From NCBI GenBank assembly GCA_002269645.1, contig NIVC01000832.1, positions 77,068 through 141,067 on the forward strand: DNA of 64,000 bases, in the 5' to 3' direction. This document shows, in pieces, positions 47,339 to 59,749 of the stretch (its first letter is position 1; every line of letters starts with the position of its first letter). A program made the translations under genes and the position numbers. The notes beneath the pieces are model-generated. The model had not been told where the DNA came from. It was given only the letters and a program-made list of their open reading frames with translations, and made no database searches. The stretch comes from Macrostomum lignano. Its lineage: Eukaryota.

Positions 47339-47610
47339 CTCCAATCAGCATCACGCAGATGCTGAAAATCTTTTCGTGATCCGTGTTGGCAGACACGTTG
47401 CCGAACCCGATGCTCGTCAGGCTGCTGCAGGTGTAGTACAGTGCCGTGATGTAGCGCGAGGCCTTGGCGGGCCCACCCACGCTGCAGCTCCCGTTGCCGC
47501 TGGAGGCGTCCTCGTCCGGGGCGCCGGACGAGCAGGAGAAGTCGAACGGAGCGTTGATGTCGGAGCTGAGCTTGCTGATCCAGCCTGCGGGGTTCAGCGA
47601 GGCGGTGATG
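47339..47610 (-). CDS. elk: ELK-type KCNH channel exon (turret, pore helix, selectivity filter); acceptor uncertain
   Basis: [38 protein letters not shown] (GFG filter). Confidence 0.9.
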
Positions 47611-48324
47611 CTAAGGGGGGGGGGGGGCTGCTGATACCCCAGTGTGAATATCATAGCTCTCAAATAATAGACTTATCCCACTGAGCAATGCCCCCAGTCT
47701 ATAAGCGCGATAAACGGCCTCGCAGTTCCTCTGAGATTGCGGGGACACACCCAAGCCATCCTCTGCTCACACAAGACAGCCGAGCAACCCGGATATAAAA
47801 GTACTTTCCAGTCTAATTCGAGGCAGCAAAGAGTTGCAGTGAGTCGATAACACATTTTCAGCTGATAATTTACGATGCCAGCTGTGTCCGCTGCTGCCAC
47901 TGGGTGGCTCGGCACAGGGCAGCGAAGATAAGTTATGCCAAACGGTTGTAAAAGTACATTTGCATTTTGTTTTTAATCGATCGACAATATGGTATCCCTT
48001 GACGTTTTGGGATCACTGCGGGAAAATTCTCAATGAAAAAATTCTTGGCGAACTCATTGGGTGAATCCCAGCGGCCCAGAAAAAAATGCGCAGGAAATCC
48101 CACGAAAGCCGATGGGGAATTCAAGGACGCCTGCAAGGAAATCTGAGAGCCACCGCAAAAAAAACGTTGAATTTCACTTGGGAATTCCAGAAAAGCAAAT
48201 AGGGAAAGCCTGGGAAGCCCCACAAAGGAATTCCAGGAAAGTCAAACAGGGAATCCGAGGTAGGCTAGCGGGGGAATCCCTTTAAATCTCGCAGGGAAAT
48301 CTTATCAATATTACAGGGAAATCC

Positions 48325-48560
48325 CTTTGAATCTCGCAGGGGAATCCCTCCCAAGTTCACGGGGGAAATCCCTTTGAATCTCGCAGGGAAATCCCTCCCA
48401 AGTTCACGGGGGGGATGCGTTTGAATCTCGCAGGGGAATCCCTCCCAAGTTCACGGGGGGAATGCCTTTGAATCTCGCAGGGGAATCCCTCCCAAGTTCA
48501 CGGGGGGAATGCCTTTGAATCTCGCAGGGGAATCCCTCCCAAGTTCACGGGGGAAATCCC
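48325..48560. repeat. 47-bp minisatellite, ~5 copies
   Basis: TTGAATCTCGCAGGGGAATCCCTCCCAAGTTCACGGGGGGAATGCCT. Confidence 0.9.
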
Positions 48561-48594
48561 AAATAAATTTCGGTAAGATTATTCAACTGCTCAC

Positions 48595-48793
48595 TGATCT
48601 CCCTGGTCTGGTTGACCTCCAGCTGTTTCCGGCCGATCACCAGCCAGATGCAGGCAAACCAGTGGGCGCTCAGGGCGAACATGGAGATGAGCAGCAGCAG
48701 CACCAGACTTGAGTACTGGGCGTAGCGATCGATTTTCTGATACAGCTTGAGCAGTCTCAGCATCCTGGCCAGCTTCATCAGGTTGAAAGTTTC
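48595..48793 (-). CDS. elk: ELK-type KCNH channel exon (S4-S5); donor uncertain
   Basis: [24 protein letters not shown]...[12 protein letters not shown]. Confidence 0.9.
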
Positions 48794-49601
48794 CTGTTCA
48801 AATGGATTTAGTGAAAAAAAACTGTTTTGTAATACCTTGCAATTCCTTATGAAATTTTCGGGAATTCTCTAAGGCATTTTTTAGAATCCCATTCCTTTTT
48901 ACTAAACTTCCATTAGGTATTTTTTAGCATTCCGTTAGGTATTTTCTAGAACTCCATCAGGTATTTCCTAGAATTCACTTAGTTATTTCCTAGAATCCTC
49001 TTAGGTATTTCCTAGAATTCCTTTCAGGTATTTTTTAGATTTTCCTTAGGTATTTCCTATAATTCCTTTAGGTATTTCTTAGAATGTCCTTAGGTATTTT
49101 CTCGAAACTCCTCTTTGGAAATAAAATATACTGAAAATTGAAAGGTAGAAAATTCACCCTGTCTATCAAAAACCTGAACAAGAAATCAAGTTTAGAATGT
49201 AGTGCAGTGCGTTGCGGTGATTAAGTAAAAAGCTTTTCATAATAAAAAGTGACTGTTAAATACTTGATGAGTAGTCTCTAGTGTCACTCAGTCGGAAATA
49301 AATCTATCAAAAAATTTATAAAATATACGAGTATATTGACATGAAAAATATGAATCTCTCTCTAGGTACCGAGAAAGCGCCCCTGGACTCCAGCTGGTTG
49401 ATGAAGCACGATGGCCAGCTGGTGAAGCCGCGGCGCTGAGAACTGCCCTGTTCGTCTTGGCAGAACTTCACGGTGCGGAGTGTCAGTGAAGATGGATTTT
49501 TCCTGATATCTAGTTATTACAAATATTCTAATACATAAATACTGCTAAACCCCAGCGACCAAAGTGACTATTCGATAATTTATTTCGATAAAAGATACAA
49601 G

Positions 49602-49882
49602 AGGTTTGTATCCTAGTGGTTGGAGCGTCGAGACTCACGACTGGAAGGTCGGGGGTTCGATTCTTGATCACACTCGGAACAATTTTGTGTCCTTGAGCAA
49701 GACAATTAACTCCTCATTGCTTCAATTCACCCAGCTGTAAAATCGGTGCCAGCATTAGCTGGGGGTAATTGAGGGCGACACCCCCCTTGGACTGAACAGC
49801 CGTACGCAGCCTTCAGATGCGCCGCGCAACGGCTGCGGCTGAGCTGTCAGTTTCAGGTGTAATCAATTATTAGTATATTATT
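49602..49882 (+). mobile_element. Second copy of the tRNA(Met-like)-derived SINE
   Basis: Colinear with 37170-37458; GCGTCGAGACTCACGACTGGAAGGTCGGGGGTTCGATTC resembles the tRNA-Met anticodon and T arms. Confidence 0.82.
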
Positions 49883-49992
49883 TGAAACTGTCAATCATAC
49901 TTCTGACACTGGAGCCACCAGTTCTAAACAAATAGCAACCCACAAACCAAACTGAAAATGTGAATCTCAATCAACGCAGTCTTAAAACTGAC

Positions 49993-50174
49993 CATTTTAG
50001 AAGCCAAGTCGGAGCTGACAGCGTTGCTGATCAAAATGATGATGTCAAACGGTACAGCGGCCAGCAGGTCGAGAAAGAACCAAGTCTTAATGTAATTGAT
50101 CGCGATCATTCTCTGGCAATAGACCACCTGGCCGCTTTTGCTGACAAATGTTGTGCGAAAATTGATGCAGATAT
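49993..50174 (-). CDS. elk: ELK-type KCNH channel exon (S2-S3)
   Basis: [18 protein letters not shown]...[21 protein letters not shown]. Confidence 0.92.
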
Positions 50175-50204
50175 CTGGAAAAGAATACGTGGATAGGATC
50201 CATC

Positions 50205-50565
50205 CTGATTTTGCTTCTGCTTCTAAAAATAGATTTCTTAGCGTGTACATTTTTGCTGATTCTAAAAATAGATTTCCCGACGTGTACATTGCTGCTGATT
50301 CTAAAAATAGATTTCCCGGCGTGTACATTGCCGCTGATTCTAAAAATAGATTTCTCGGCATGTACATTGCTGCTGATTCCAAAAATAGATTTCCCGACTG
50401 TACATTGCTGCTGCTTCTAAAAATAGATTTCCCGGCGTGTACATTGCCACTGATTCTAAAAATAGATTTCTCGGCATGTACATTGCTGCTGATTCCAAAA
50501 ATAGATTTCTCGGCGTATACATTGTTGCTGATTCTAAAAATAAATTTCCCGCCTCGTACATTGCC
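50205..50565. repeat. 39-bp minisatellite, ~9 copies
   Basis: CTGATTCTAAAAATAGATTTCCCGGCGTGTACATTGCTG. Confidence 0.92.
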
Positions 50566-51399
50566 GATCCTAAAACTTAGACAAAAATTGCTAGAATTTC
50601 AAGACTGTACATTAAAATATTCCTTTTTACAACCTTTATTTGATAAAGTACTACATAACGCTAGTACATTGATTGAGAATATAGATTGTCTCACTAAAGC
50701 TTTTACAACCATGCTTTTACAACCCTGAAAATATTTCTCTTTATTTCATTATTAATCTTCATCAATCAACTGCCAAATGCAATTGTAGCTCTTTAACCCT
50801 AACACTCGACCTTATATGAACCCTCGTTATCGCGAGGTCAGATAAAAGAAGAAACTTGATTGCATTAAGCGATCAGTTTTGGGCAAATCCGAGGCAATTA
50901 TGAAAAACTCCAGATGGAGGGACTGCCAGGTTACCCAGCCAGGTCGCTTCCTGTGCCCAATTCTGACCACCAGGCGTTCACGCGGCATTGGCAGAAGAAT
51001 CAAAAAAGTATTAAAACGGGGACTATGATTATGGTTATTAAATTTGCCTGCACGGTCTGACCCGCAGATGTGGCGCAGGTGTGGCCGGGCATGCAGGTTT
51101 ATAAGCCAACACAATCGATTGATCGCAATCGTTAAAATCCCCCCAGGAGACCCCTTTCTCCCAGCATGTCCTCCCCAAGACAGGAAATTGCAGTCAGCTA
51201 TGAGTTTCTCACCTATGGGCCGGTCTGGGATGAAGCCAGCGACTCACAGCAGGGAGCGCGCGTGCTTCTACACTGTTAAAAGGCAAAGACTCAAGAGAAC
51301 TTTCTGGCGCGGCCAGAGCCCAGCTTTTGCCAGATGGAGAATCAGAAAAAGGTAAGCAGTTTATAGACTGACAAAACTTTAAAGACCGAACCCAGGACC

Positions 51400-51820
51400 A
51401 CATCTAAGAACTCGAATTCAGGTCTAAATCTGAGAAATCGAACTCAAGACCAAATTTGAGAGATCGAACTCAGGACTAAATCTGAGAAATCGAACTCAAG
51501 ACCACATCTGAAAACTCGAACTCAGGACCACATCTGAGAACTCGAACTCACGACCACATCTGAGAACACGAACTCAGGACCACATCTGAGAACTCGAACT
51601 CAGGACCACATCTGAGAACTCGAACTCAGGACCACATCTGAGAACTCGAACTCAGGACCACATCTGAGAACTCGAACTCAGGACTAAATCTGAAAAATCG
51701 AACTCAGGACCACGTCTGAGAAATCGAACTCACAGGACCACATCTTAAGAAATTGAACTCAGGACCATATTTGAGAAATCGAACTCAGGACCACAGCTGA
51801 GAAATCGAAATCAGGACCAC
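51400..51820. repeat. 26-bp minisatellite, ~15 copies
   Basis: GAACTCAGGACCACATCTGAGAACTC. Confidence 0.92.
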
Positions 51821-51937
51821 ACAGAGTCAAACTCAGAGTCACAAAGGATACAAAATAATAATTTTAGCCATCGAACTCAGGACCCCCCCTTGAAGATCAG
51901 ATTCCCATTCAGGCCAATCAAGACCTCAGCTTCTCAC

Positions 51938-52190
51938 CAGCGATGAAGACCACTTCTACCAGCAGATCCACGGCGATGCCCGCATCGTCTGCCCCGTTGG
52001 CCTTCCTCAGCTTGCCCGAGCTGTTCGCCGCGTTGTAAGGCACCATGATGGCGATGTAGAAGGTGCACAGCAGGATTAGCCAGTCCCAGGTGATCTTCAG
52101 CAAGCCGTAGTGCAGCAGGATGCCCTTGGATCGTTTGACTTCTTGAACCTTGTACTCCGGCAGGGTGCTCTTGCCGCTCAGGTTCTGAAT
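51938..52190 (-). CDS. elk: ELK-type KCNH channel exon (S1-S2)
   Basis: LPEYKVQEVKRSKGILLHYGLLKITWDWLILLCTFYIAIMVPYNAA. Confidence 0.92.
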
Positions 52191-52289
52191 CTGCGCGGTT
52201 GAGGTTAAAAAAATTGATAGTGATATTTTTTTGTATTGAAGTAGTCATACAGAGGCCATTCCTGCCTTGAAGTGGACTGTATCGCGTTT

Positions 52290-53305
52290 AGGTGGACACC
52301 CTGTCCTCAAGTGGACACACTGTCCTTAAGTGAACACCCCTGTCTTGAAGTGGACACCCTGTCCTCAAGTGGACACCCCTGTCTTGAAGTGGACACCCCT
52401 GTCCTTAAGTGGACACCCCTGTCCTTAAGTGGACACCCTGTCCTCAAGTGGACACCCTGTTCTGAAGTGGACACCCCTGTCCTTAAGTGGACACCCCTGT
52501 CCTTAAGTGGACACCCCTGTCCTTAAGTGGACACCCTGTCCTCAAGTGGACACCCTGTTCTGAAGTGGACACCCCTGTCCTCAAGTGGACACCCTGTCCT
52601 CAAGTGGACACCCTGTCCTCAAGTGGACACCCTGTTCTGAAGTGGACACCCCTGTCCTCAAGTGGACACCCTGTCCTCAAGTGGACACCCTGTCCTCAAG
52701 TGGACACCCTGTCCTCAAGTGGACACCCTGTTCTGAAGTGGACACCCCTGTTCTTAAGTCGACACTCCTGTCCTTAAGTGGACACCCCTGTCTTGAAGTG
52801 GACACCCCTGTCCTTAAATTGACACCCCTGTCCTTAAGTCGACACTCCTGTCTTGAAGTGGACACCCCTGTCCTTAAATTGACACCCCTGTCCTTAAGTC
52901 GACACTCCTGTCTTGAAGTGGACACCCCTGTCCTTAAGTCGACACTCCTGTCCTTAAGTGGACACCCCTGTCCTTAAGTGGACACCCCTGTCTTGAAGTG
53001 GACACCCCTGTCCTTAAATTGACACCCCTGTCCTTAAGTTGACAGCCCTGTCTTGACGTGGACACCCCTGTCCTTAAATTGACACCCCTGTCCTTAAGTG
53101 GACACCCCTGTCTTGAAGTGGACACCCCTGTCCTTAAATTGACACCCCTGTCCTTAAGTTGACACCCCTGTCCTCAAGTGGACACCCTGTCCTCAAGTGG
53201 ACACCCTGTCCTTAAGTGGACACTCCTGTCCTTTAATGGACACCCCTGTCCTTAGGTGGACACCCAGTCCTCAAGTGGACACCCTGTCCTTAAGTAGACA
53301 CCCCT
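52290..53305. repeat. 18-20-bp minisatellite, ~50 copies
   Basis: GTGGACACCC(C)TGTCCT(T/C)AA. Confidence 0.95.
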
Positions 53306-53652
53306 GTTTTTTCAATTCACTACGTTCGACAGGTTGGTCAAAATATTTTTTTTTCAAAATGCAGCAACGATAGACTCAGCTCTCATTTCAGCGTCTGGGA
53401 GTTGAAACCAACGATATTGAAAGAGACGTGCAAGCCAGTAAGAAATGAAAAAATGTTTAGCAAGATCAACAGCATACAAAAAAGAAACTTGAAATTGCCA
53501 TTTCCCACAGTAGCCCCAGATCCGAGACACTTTGACGCCGTTAAGAAATTCGTCAAGGCAAAATTGAGCAAAAATTTGCTTGGCTCATAATTCTCCGTTC
53601 CCTCCTAGGAAAAAATGCAAATTACTGCTAATAAACTGAAACTGCATCAAAC

Positions 53653-53945
53653 CTTGTTTAATTGGCTGAATGTTTTATTTTTGCTCTTCGATTCGAACTG
53701 GCCGCTGAGGTGGTACAGAACCGCCCGGGACCTGCGGCGCTGGTACTTGTAGGCTGTGCTGCACTCCTCGGCGTCCTCGTCGTTCGCCTCCTCCTCGTCG
53801 GGACTCGAACCACTGCCCACACTGCCTGAAGATGCCGACTCATTGTCGGCGGTGTCTGCTGGACCCGACGCTTCAGAAATGCGAGATCTTGGCCTGCCCG
53901 CAGATGGTGACACGTTGTTGGCTAAGTCTGATGGGTCTGCTTGAC
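53653..53945 (-). CDS. elk: ELK-type KCNH channel exon (proximal N-terminal linker)
   Basis: YQRRRSRAVLYHLSGQF is a recognisable KCNH pre-S1 motif; phases match both neighbours. Confidence 0.82.
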
Positions 53946-53984
53946 CTGCTTGGGGTGGGGATCGGGCGTTTAATGCAGTAGGTT

Positions 53985-54378
53985 GCAGATTGAACTTGAG
54001 CAGGTTGAAGATTGAATTTGAGCAGACTGTTTTGAATTCGAGCAGACTGTAGATTGAAGTTGAGCAGACTGTAGATTGAGTTTGAGCAGACTTTAGATTG
54101 AACTTGAGCAGACTGTAGATTGAGTTTTAGCAGACTGTAGATTGAAGTTGTGCAGACTGTAGATTGAGTTTGAGCAGACTGTAGATTGAAGTTGTGCAGA
54201 CTGTAGATTGAAGTTGTGCAGACTGTAGATTGAGTTTGAGCAAACTGTAGGTTGAGTTTGAGCAGACTGTAGATTGAGTTTGAGCAGACTGTAGATTGAA
54301 GTTGAGCAGACTGTAGATTGAACTTGAGCAGACTGTAGATTGATTTTGAGCAGACTGTAGATTGAGTTTGAGCAGGCT
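53985..54378. repeat. 22-bp minisatellite, ~17 copies
   Basis: GAGCAGACTGTAGATTGAGTTT. Confidence 0.92.
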
Positions 54379-54994
54379 GTAGCCTAGATATCAGCAAACA
54401 TCAGCAAGAGGACATGCAAAAGTTCGCGGGTAGATGCATCATAATTCAGTGTGCAGAAAAAGATTTTGCGAGGTTGCCTGCCACACAAAAAAGCTTTGAG
54501 CTTCATCGAGTTCATTCTACTCTCGATTCGAATTTTTTCTCGCGACAACGTGAGCAGCCGAAGAGAGCTGGCAGAGCCGGGTGAGCACAAGCTTGCCCGC
54601 ATCAAGAACCAGCAGGAAAAGCCCCGGAGGCTACTGCCGAGAGAATGCGCTTGAAAGAGACAGCGGAAGGCAGAGATGAGAGCTCGAACTCTGCCTGATT
54701 GGATTAATCCGGATTTAGACAGCTGAGCGTTTGGAACAGAAAATCTGGGCGGGAAGTGGGAAATGAGCTTGATAATAAGGTGAGAGATGGGGCTCAGCAC
54801 GGACGTCTGGATGTCACCTGGACTGGAAAAGGATTTTCAACCGTCTAAGGTTAGTGATAGTTTCAGTCACTGAAGCGCCCCATTTTGCCTAAACTTTCAA
54901 GCGTCTAAAACAATTTTTAAATCGTCTAGATTTCAGTTTTAACTTTAATATTGATATTCCTAAACTCTAAACTTTAAAGGTCCCGGCGCTGATA

Positions 54995-55320
54995 GCATGC
55001 TTCCATCCAGTCTAGAGGTTTCTAGACGTCCCTGAGCTTTTGGTATGCTTACATCCAGTCTAGAGGTTTCTAGGGGTCCCTGAGCTTTTGGTATGCTCAC
55101 ATCCAGTCTAGAGGTTTCTAGACGTCCCTGAGCTTTTGGTATGCTTACATCCAGTCTAGAGGTTTCTAGACGTCCCTGAGCTTTTGGTATGCTCACATCC
55201 AGTCTAGAGGTTTCTAGAGGTCCCTGAGCCGATGGTATGCTTACATCCAGTCCAGGTTTCTAGAGGTCCCTGAGCTTTTGGTTTGCTTACATCCAGTCTA
55301 GAGGTTTCTAGAGGTCCCTG
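54995..55320. repeat. 48-bp minisatellite, ~7 copies
   Basis: ATGCTTACATCCAGTCTAGAGGTTTCTAGACGTCCCTGAGCTTTTGGT. Confidence 0.93.
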
Positions 55321-56079
55321 ATCTAAACCATATCAGAATCATTTTTGAGAAGATTTCTTCGCAGAATCCTCCTGCATCGCCAAATCCGGAAGTAGGCTAA
55401 TAGGCCGTCAATTATCGTCACAAAAAATTGAGAAAATGCTACATACTGTGATTTTGCTCCAAAATCCTTTACAATTTGAGGCTTGAATGCTTCGTGTTTG
55501 GCTCTCCTGATCGGGACAATTGACGCACACCTAGCAGCATTAGCTGATGTTTGCTTTGAGGGGGAGGGGGCGGCAGTGGACAGCAACCTGCAAATTTAGC
55601 TAATTACTTTTCTAACCTCTTACCTGTCTCTGTCTTTGCTGCAGTGTAGGGCCTAAATAAGAGCACAGGAAAGCGTGTTTCTGCTGACATTTGGCGAGGA
55701 GCTCGTCCCCGCATACACAGCGGACAGTGTGGATGCAAGTCAAGCCCGATCAGAGACAAAGGAAGCAGACAAGCGTGTCTAACCAAATGTTAGATAGAGG
55801 CAGTTCTGCTCTGCAGCGAGGCTGATTCTGTAGGTTCTGACAAAACTATCAATACGGAGGTCTGCATTCTGGCTGGCACTTCTAACAGCTATTCAACTTC
55901 AGACTTTGGAATTCAGCAACTTTTCCATGCTTAGTCCGTAGCATTGTAATTTTTTTTCCATCAAATACAGAGAATCACATCTAATTAAATTTAAAAACTT
56001 TTTTGTTCAAACTTCTCGCTCTAACAGTACATCCTTGATGTTCTGCTTTCATTTAAGTCTAACATCCCTGATACTCTGC

Positions 56080-56750
56080 ATTCACCGGGTCTAACATCCT
56101 TGATGTTCTGCATTCATCGTGTCTAACATCCTTGAGGTTCTGCATTAATTGGGTCTAACATCCTTGATGTTCTGCATTCATCGTGTCTAACATCCTTGAG
56201 GTTCTGCATTAATTGGGTCTAACATCCTTGACGTTCTGCATTCATCGTGTCTAACATCCTTGAGGTTCTGCATTAATTGGGTCTAACATCCTTGAGGTTC
56301 TGCATTCATCAGGTCTAACATCCTTGAGGTTCTGCATTAATTGGGTCTAACATCCTTGAGGTTCTGCATTCATCAGGTCTAACATCCTTGAGGTTCTGCA
56401 TTAATTGGGTCTAACATCCTTGACGTTCTGCATTCATCGTGTCTAACATCCTTGAGGTTCTGCATTAATTGGGTCTAACATCCTTGAGGTTCTGCATTCA
56501 TCAGGTCTAACATCCTTGAGGTTCTGCATTAATTGGGTCTAACATCCTTGAGGTTCTGCATTCATCAGGTCTAACATCCTTGAGGTTCTGCATTAATTGG
56601 GTCTAACATCCTTGATGTTCTGCATTCATCGTGTCTAACATCCTTGAGGTTCTGCATTAATTGGGTCTAACATCCTTGAAGCTCTGCATTCATCGGGTCT
56701 AACATCCTTGATGCTCTGCATTCATCGGGTCTAACATCCTTGATGCTCTG
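56080..56750. repeat. 32-bp minisatellite with alternating variants (64-bp higher-order unit)
   Basis: GTCTAACATCCTTGA(G/T/C)GTTCTGCATT followed alternately by AATTGG and CATCGT/CATCAG. Confidence 0.93.
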
Positions 56751-56949
56751 CATCCGTCGTGTTTAAAATCCTTGCTGTTCTTATGTCTGGCATATTCTAT
56801 ATTTTACTGATACCACGTTTTATATATCCTTGAGTTACAAATATAAATCAGGCTGCATGCATGCAAATCTCGTGATATACAAACACAACTGTTGCATCCT
56901 TGATCTTTCTCAAAGTTAGCGTAACCAAACAATTCAAAATCGAACTTAC

Positions 56950-57096
56950 TATTCGACGAATCCCCACTAGGACTGGACACGCCGCAGCGAGACCTCTTCT
57001 CCTTGGTGATGTCCTTGTGCGAGGCCAGGAACAGGACCACTTCGCCTTTCTCATTTTTAATTGGCACAATGTCCAAGAGGCAGAGAAATGGTGAGC
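56950..57096 (-). CDS. elk: ELK-type KCNH channel exon (PAC)
   Basis: [30 protein letters not shown]. Confidence 0.92.
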
Positions 57097-57179
57097 CTGC
57101 GAGTTTCGAGGGGAAAAGGTAAGGATTTTTTTGTTTTAATTAAAGTCGTCCAGCTGAATTCAGAATCCAAGACTGACTT

Positions 57180-57615
57180 GAAAAGTGACGGATTGTGCTT
57201 GAAATGTGACATATTGTGCTTTAAAAGTGACAGATTGTCCTGGAAGAGTGACAGATTGCGCTAGAAGAGTGACAGATTGTGCTGGAAGAGTGACAGATTG
57301 CGCTAGAAGAGTGACAGATTGCGCTGGAAGAGTGACAGATTGTGCTGGTAGAGTGACATATTGTGCTGGAAGAGTGACATATTGTGCTTTAAAAGTGACA
57401 GATTGTCCTGGAAGAGTGACAGATTGCGCTAGAAGAGTGACAGATTGTGCTGGAAGAGTGACAGATTGCGCTAGAAGAGTGACAGATTGTGCTTGAAGAG
57501 TGACAGATTGTGCTTGAAAGATGACGGATTGTGCTTGAAAGATGACGGATTGTGCTTGAAAGATGACGGATTGTGCTTGAAAGATGACGGATTGTGCTTG
57601 AAGAGTGACAGATTG
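57180..57615. repeat. 21-bp minisatellite, ~20 copies
   Basis: GAAGAGTGACAGATTG(C/T)GCT(A/G). Confidence 0.92.
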
Positions 57616-58121
57616 AGCTTGGTTTAAGAGAAGTCCCCAGCAGCGGAAGCCAGCAAAAGTTATACGGCACAGAAATGTAAAAATCCCCCCTCGAAGAAGA
57701 AGCGGTGACTACACAGGGAGCCCCCCGAGGGCTGGTTAAGCTGGCGTCCATCTGACAGCTGAGGGAGTCCCGGCAGACGACAAAGAGAAACCGCGGTGCG
57801 CTGCCGCCTGCCTGTACTTTTCAGCCACACCGCTGGGAGAAGATCCCCCCTTCAAGCCAGGCGGCGACTCGGCCTCGTCACCCACCGCGAGCGCGGAAGA
57901 AAATAAAATTTGAATAATTTGATGCAGGCCGCATCAGAACAGAAAGCTGGGGGGGAGGAGGCTGGTTTGGCGAAGAAGACTGCATGCTGGCTAGAGCAGA
58001 GATCCCAGCTGAGGAAACTTTTTCTTAGTGTGAAATCTGTTGCACTCTGAGTTACAGTGGCATGTAAACAGCATATCAAACCATGCCTTAATATCCTTTG
58101 ACCTAAGTCAAGTCAGCTTAC

Positions 58122-58352
58122 GCGTCTTCGTGTAAAAGATGACCTCAGTCTTGAGCTCTTTCTGCTCCTCCAGGCTGTCCTCGATCTTGGCTTTCTCTTC
58201 GTCGGCGGTCCGCTCGCCCCAGAGGAATCGACAAGCGCAGCCGCGGGACATCACCTGAGCCCTGGCGAACCCAGTCAGCTCGCAGAATCCGTCTGAACAG
58301 TACACGATGGGTCGCTCCTTGGCCTGGGCGTTGCCCAGTACAAAGTTGCTGT
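58122..58352 (-). CDS. elk: ELK-type KCNH channel exon (PAS domain); the first coding exon lies upstream and was not found in the window
   Basis: SNFVLGNAQ...[29 protein letters not shown]. Confidence 0.92.
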
Positions 58353-58439
58353 CTGGGGAGAGATTATGTGGTTTGAGAAATATTAGAGACGATTGCGTCA
58401 TCTAAAACTGCGATGAAGAATGAAATGAAAAGTGGGGTG

Positions 58440-59075
58440 AGGAGTCAGGTGGAGAGTGAGGGGGAGAGTGAGATGGAGAGTGGCTCGAAGATTGAGATGG
58501 AGAGTGAGATGGAGAGTGAGGTGGAGAGTAAGGTGGAGAGTGAGATGGAGAGTGAGATGAAGAATAAGATGGAGAATGAGACGGAGATTGAGATGGAGAG
58601 TGAGATGGAGAGTGAGATGGAGAATGAGATGGAGAGTGAGATGGAGGAGAGTGAGATGGAGAGTGAGATGGAGGAGAGTGAGATGGAGAGTGAGATGGAG
58701 AGAAATATGGAGAGTGCGATGGAGAGTGCGATGGAGAGTGAGATGGAGAGTGAGATGGAGGAGAGTGAGATGGAGAGTGCGATGGAGAGTGAGATGGAGA
58801 GTGAGATGGAGGAGAGTGAGATAGAGAGTGAGATGGAGATTGAGAGTGAGGTGGAGAGTGAGGTGGAGAGTAAGGTGGAGAGTGTGATGGAGAGTGAGAT
58901 AGAGAGTGAGATGGAGATTGAGATGGAGAGTGCGATGGAGAGTGAGGTGGAGAGTGAGATGGAGAGTGAGATGGAGAGTGAGATGGAGAGTGAGATGGAG
59001 AGTGAGATGGAGAGTGAGATGGAGAGTGAGATAGAGAGTGCGATGGAGAGTGAGTTGGAGAGTAAAATGCAGAGT
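58440..59075. repeat. 12-bp minisatellite (GAGAGTGAGATG)n
   Basis: Directly visible; explains the long low-complexity ORFs on both strands. Confidence 0.95.
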
Positions 59076-59749
59076 GAGGTGACTACTACAGAAATGCGAG
59101 CCGCCACTTTTCACAAGACCCTGAACGCAGCGGGAGCCAACTTTCTCTTCAAAGTTGCCAATCAACGGGGGGCGGACAAAGAAGGTGCATACGAATTTGG
59201 TTGAAAATGGGAGGAGCCAAACAAGAAGGACAGATCAGGGGGGGGGGGGCTGAGTCAGGCCAGACCAGCGCGCCAATGCAAGTGATTGATTTACAATGCA
59301 GAGCTGGCCGCCATGTCGCCTTCGACCCCATTCTCCTTCCTCTGTCCCTCCCTGTTCCCTCCAGACTGCCAAGCCTCACTATCTGGGCAATGCGATTTTC
59401 AAAATCTATCCTGCAGGTCACGACGTATGCCAGTCTGAGTCTGAGCAGTGGCTGGCCTATAAATTATTTATAATCCAACAAGAATGCAAGATTTGATCAG
59501 AGGGCAGAGTTCCCGGGTTTTATTCTTACTCCAGTTGAGATCCGATCTGGGCTCAATTGAATATTTAAGTACCAGTCGAACTACGAGTATTAAACTGCAG
59601 CATGGCCGGTCTGAGAGAGTCTGATGATAAAGAACGAATTTAAGTCATGTGGTATCAATATTTTATATGAATATGGGAACAATGGCTAATTATGACCGAT
59701 TTTGAAGCGGCTCTGATCCGTCACCCTCACCCGCCTCTCCGCTCTCTCA

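Noticed and set aside
54540-54700. Charged peptide (ERMRLKETAEGRDE) resembling Helitron N-terminal repeats
   Set aside because: Too short and frameshifted; no Rep or helicase motifs nearby.
58398-59204. 255-263-aa Glu/Met/Ser or Leu/His ORFs
   Set aside because: Translations of a 12-bp repeat that lacks stop codons.
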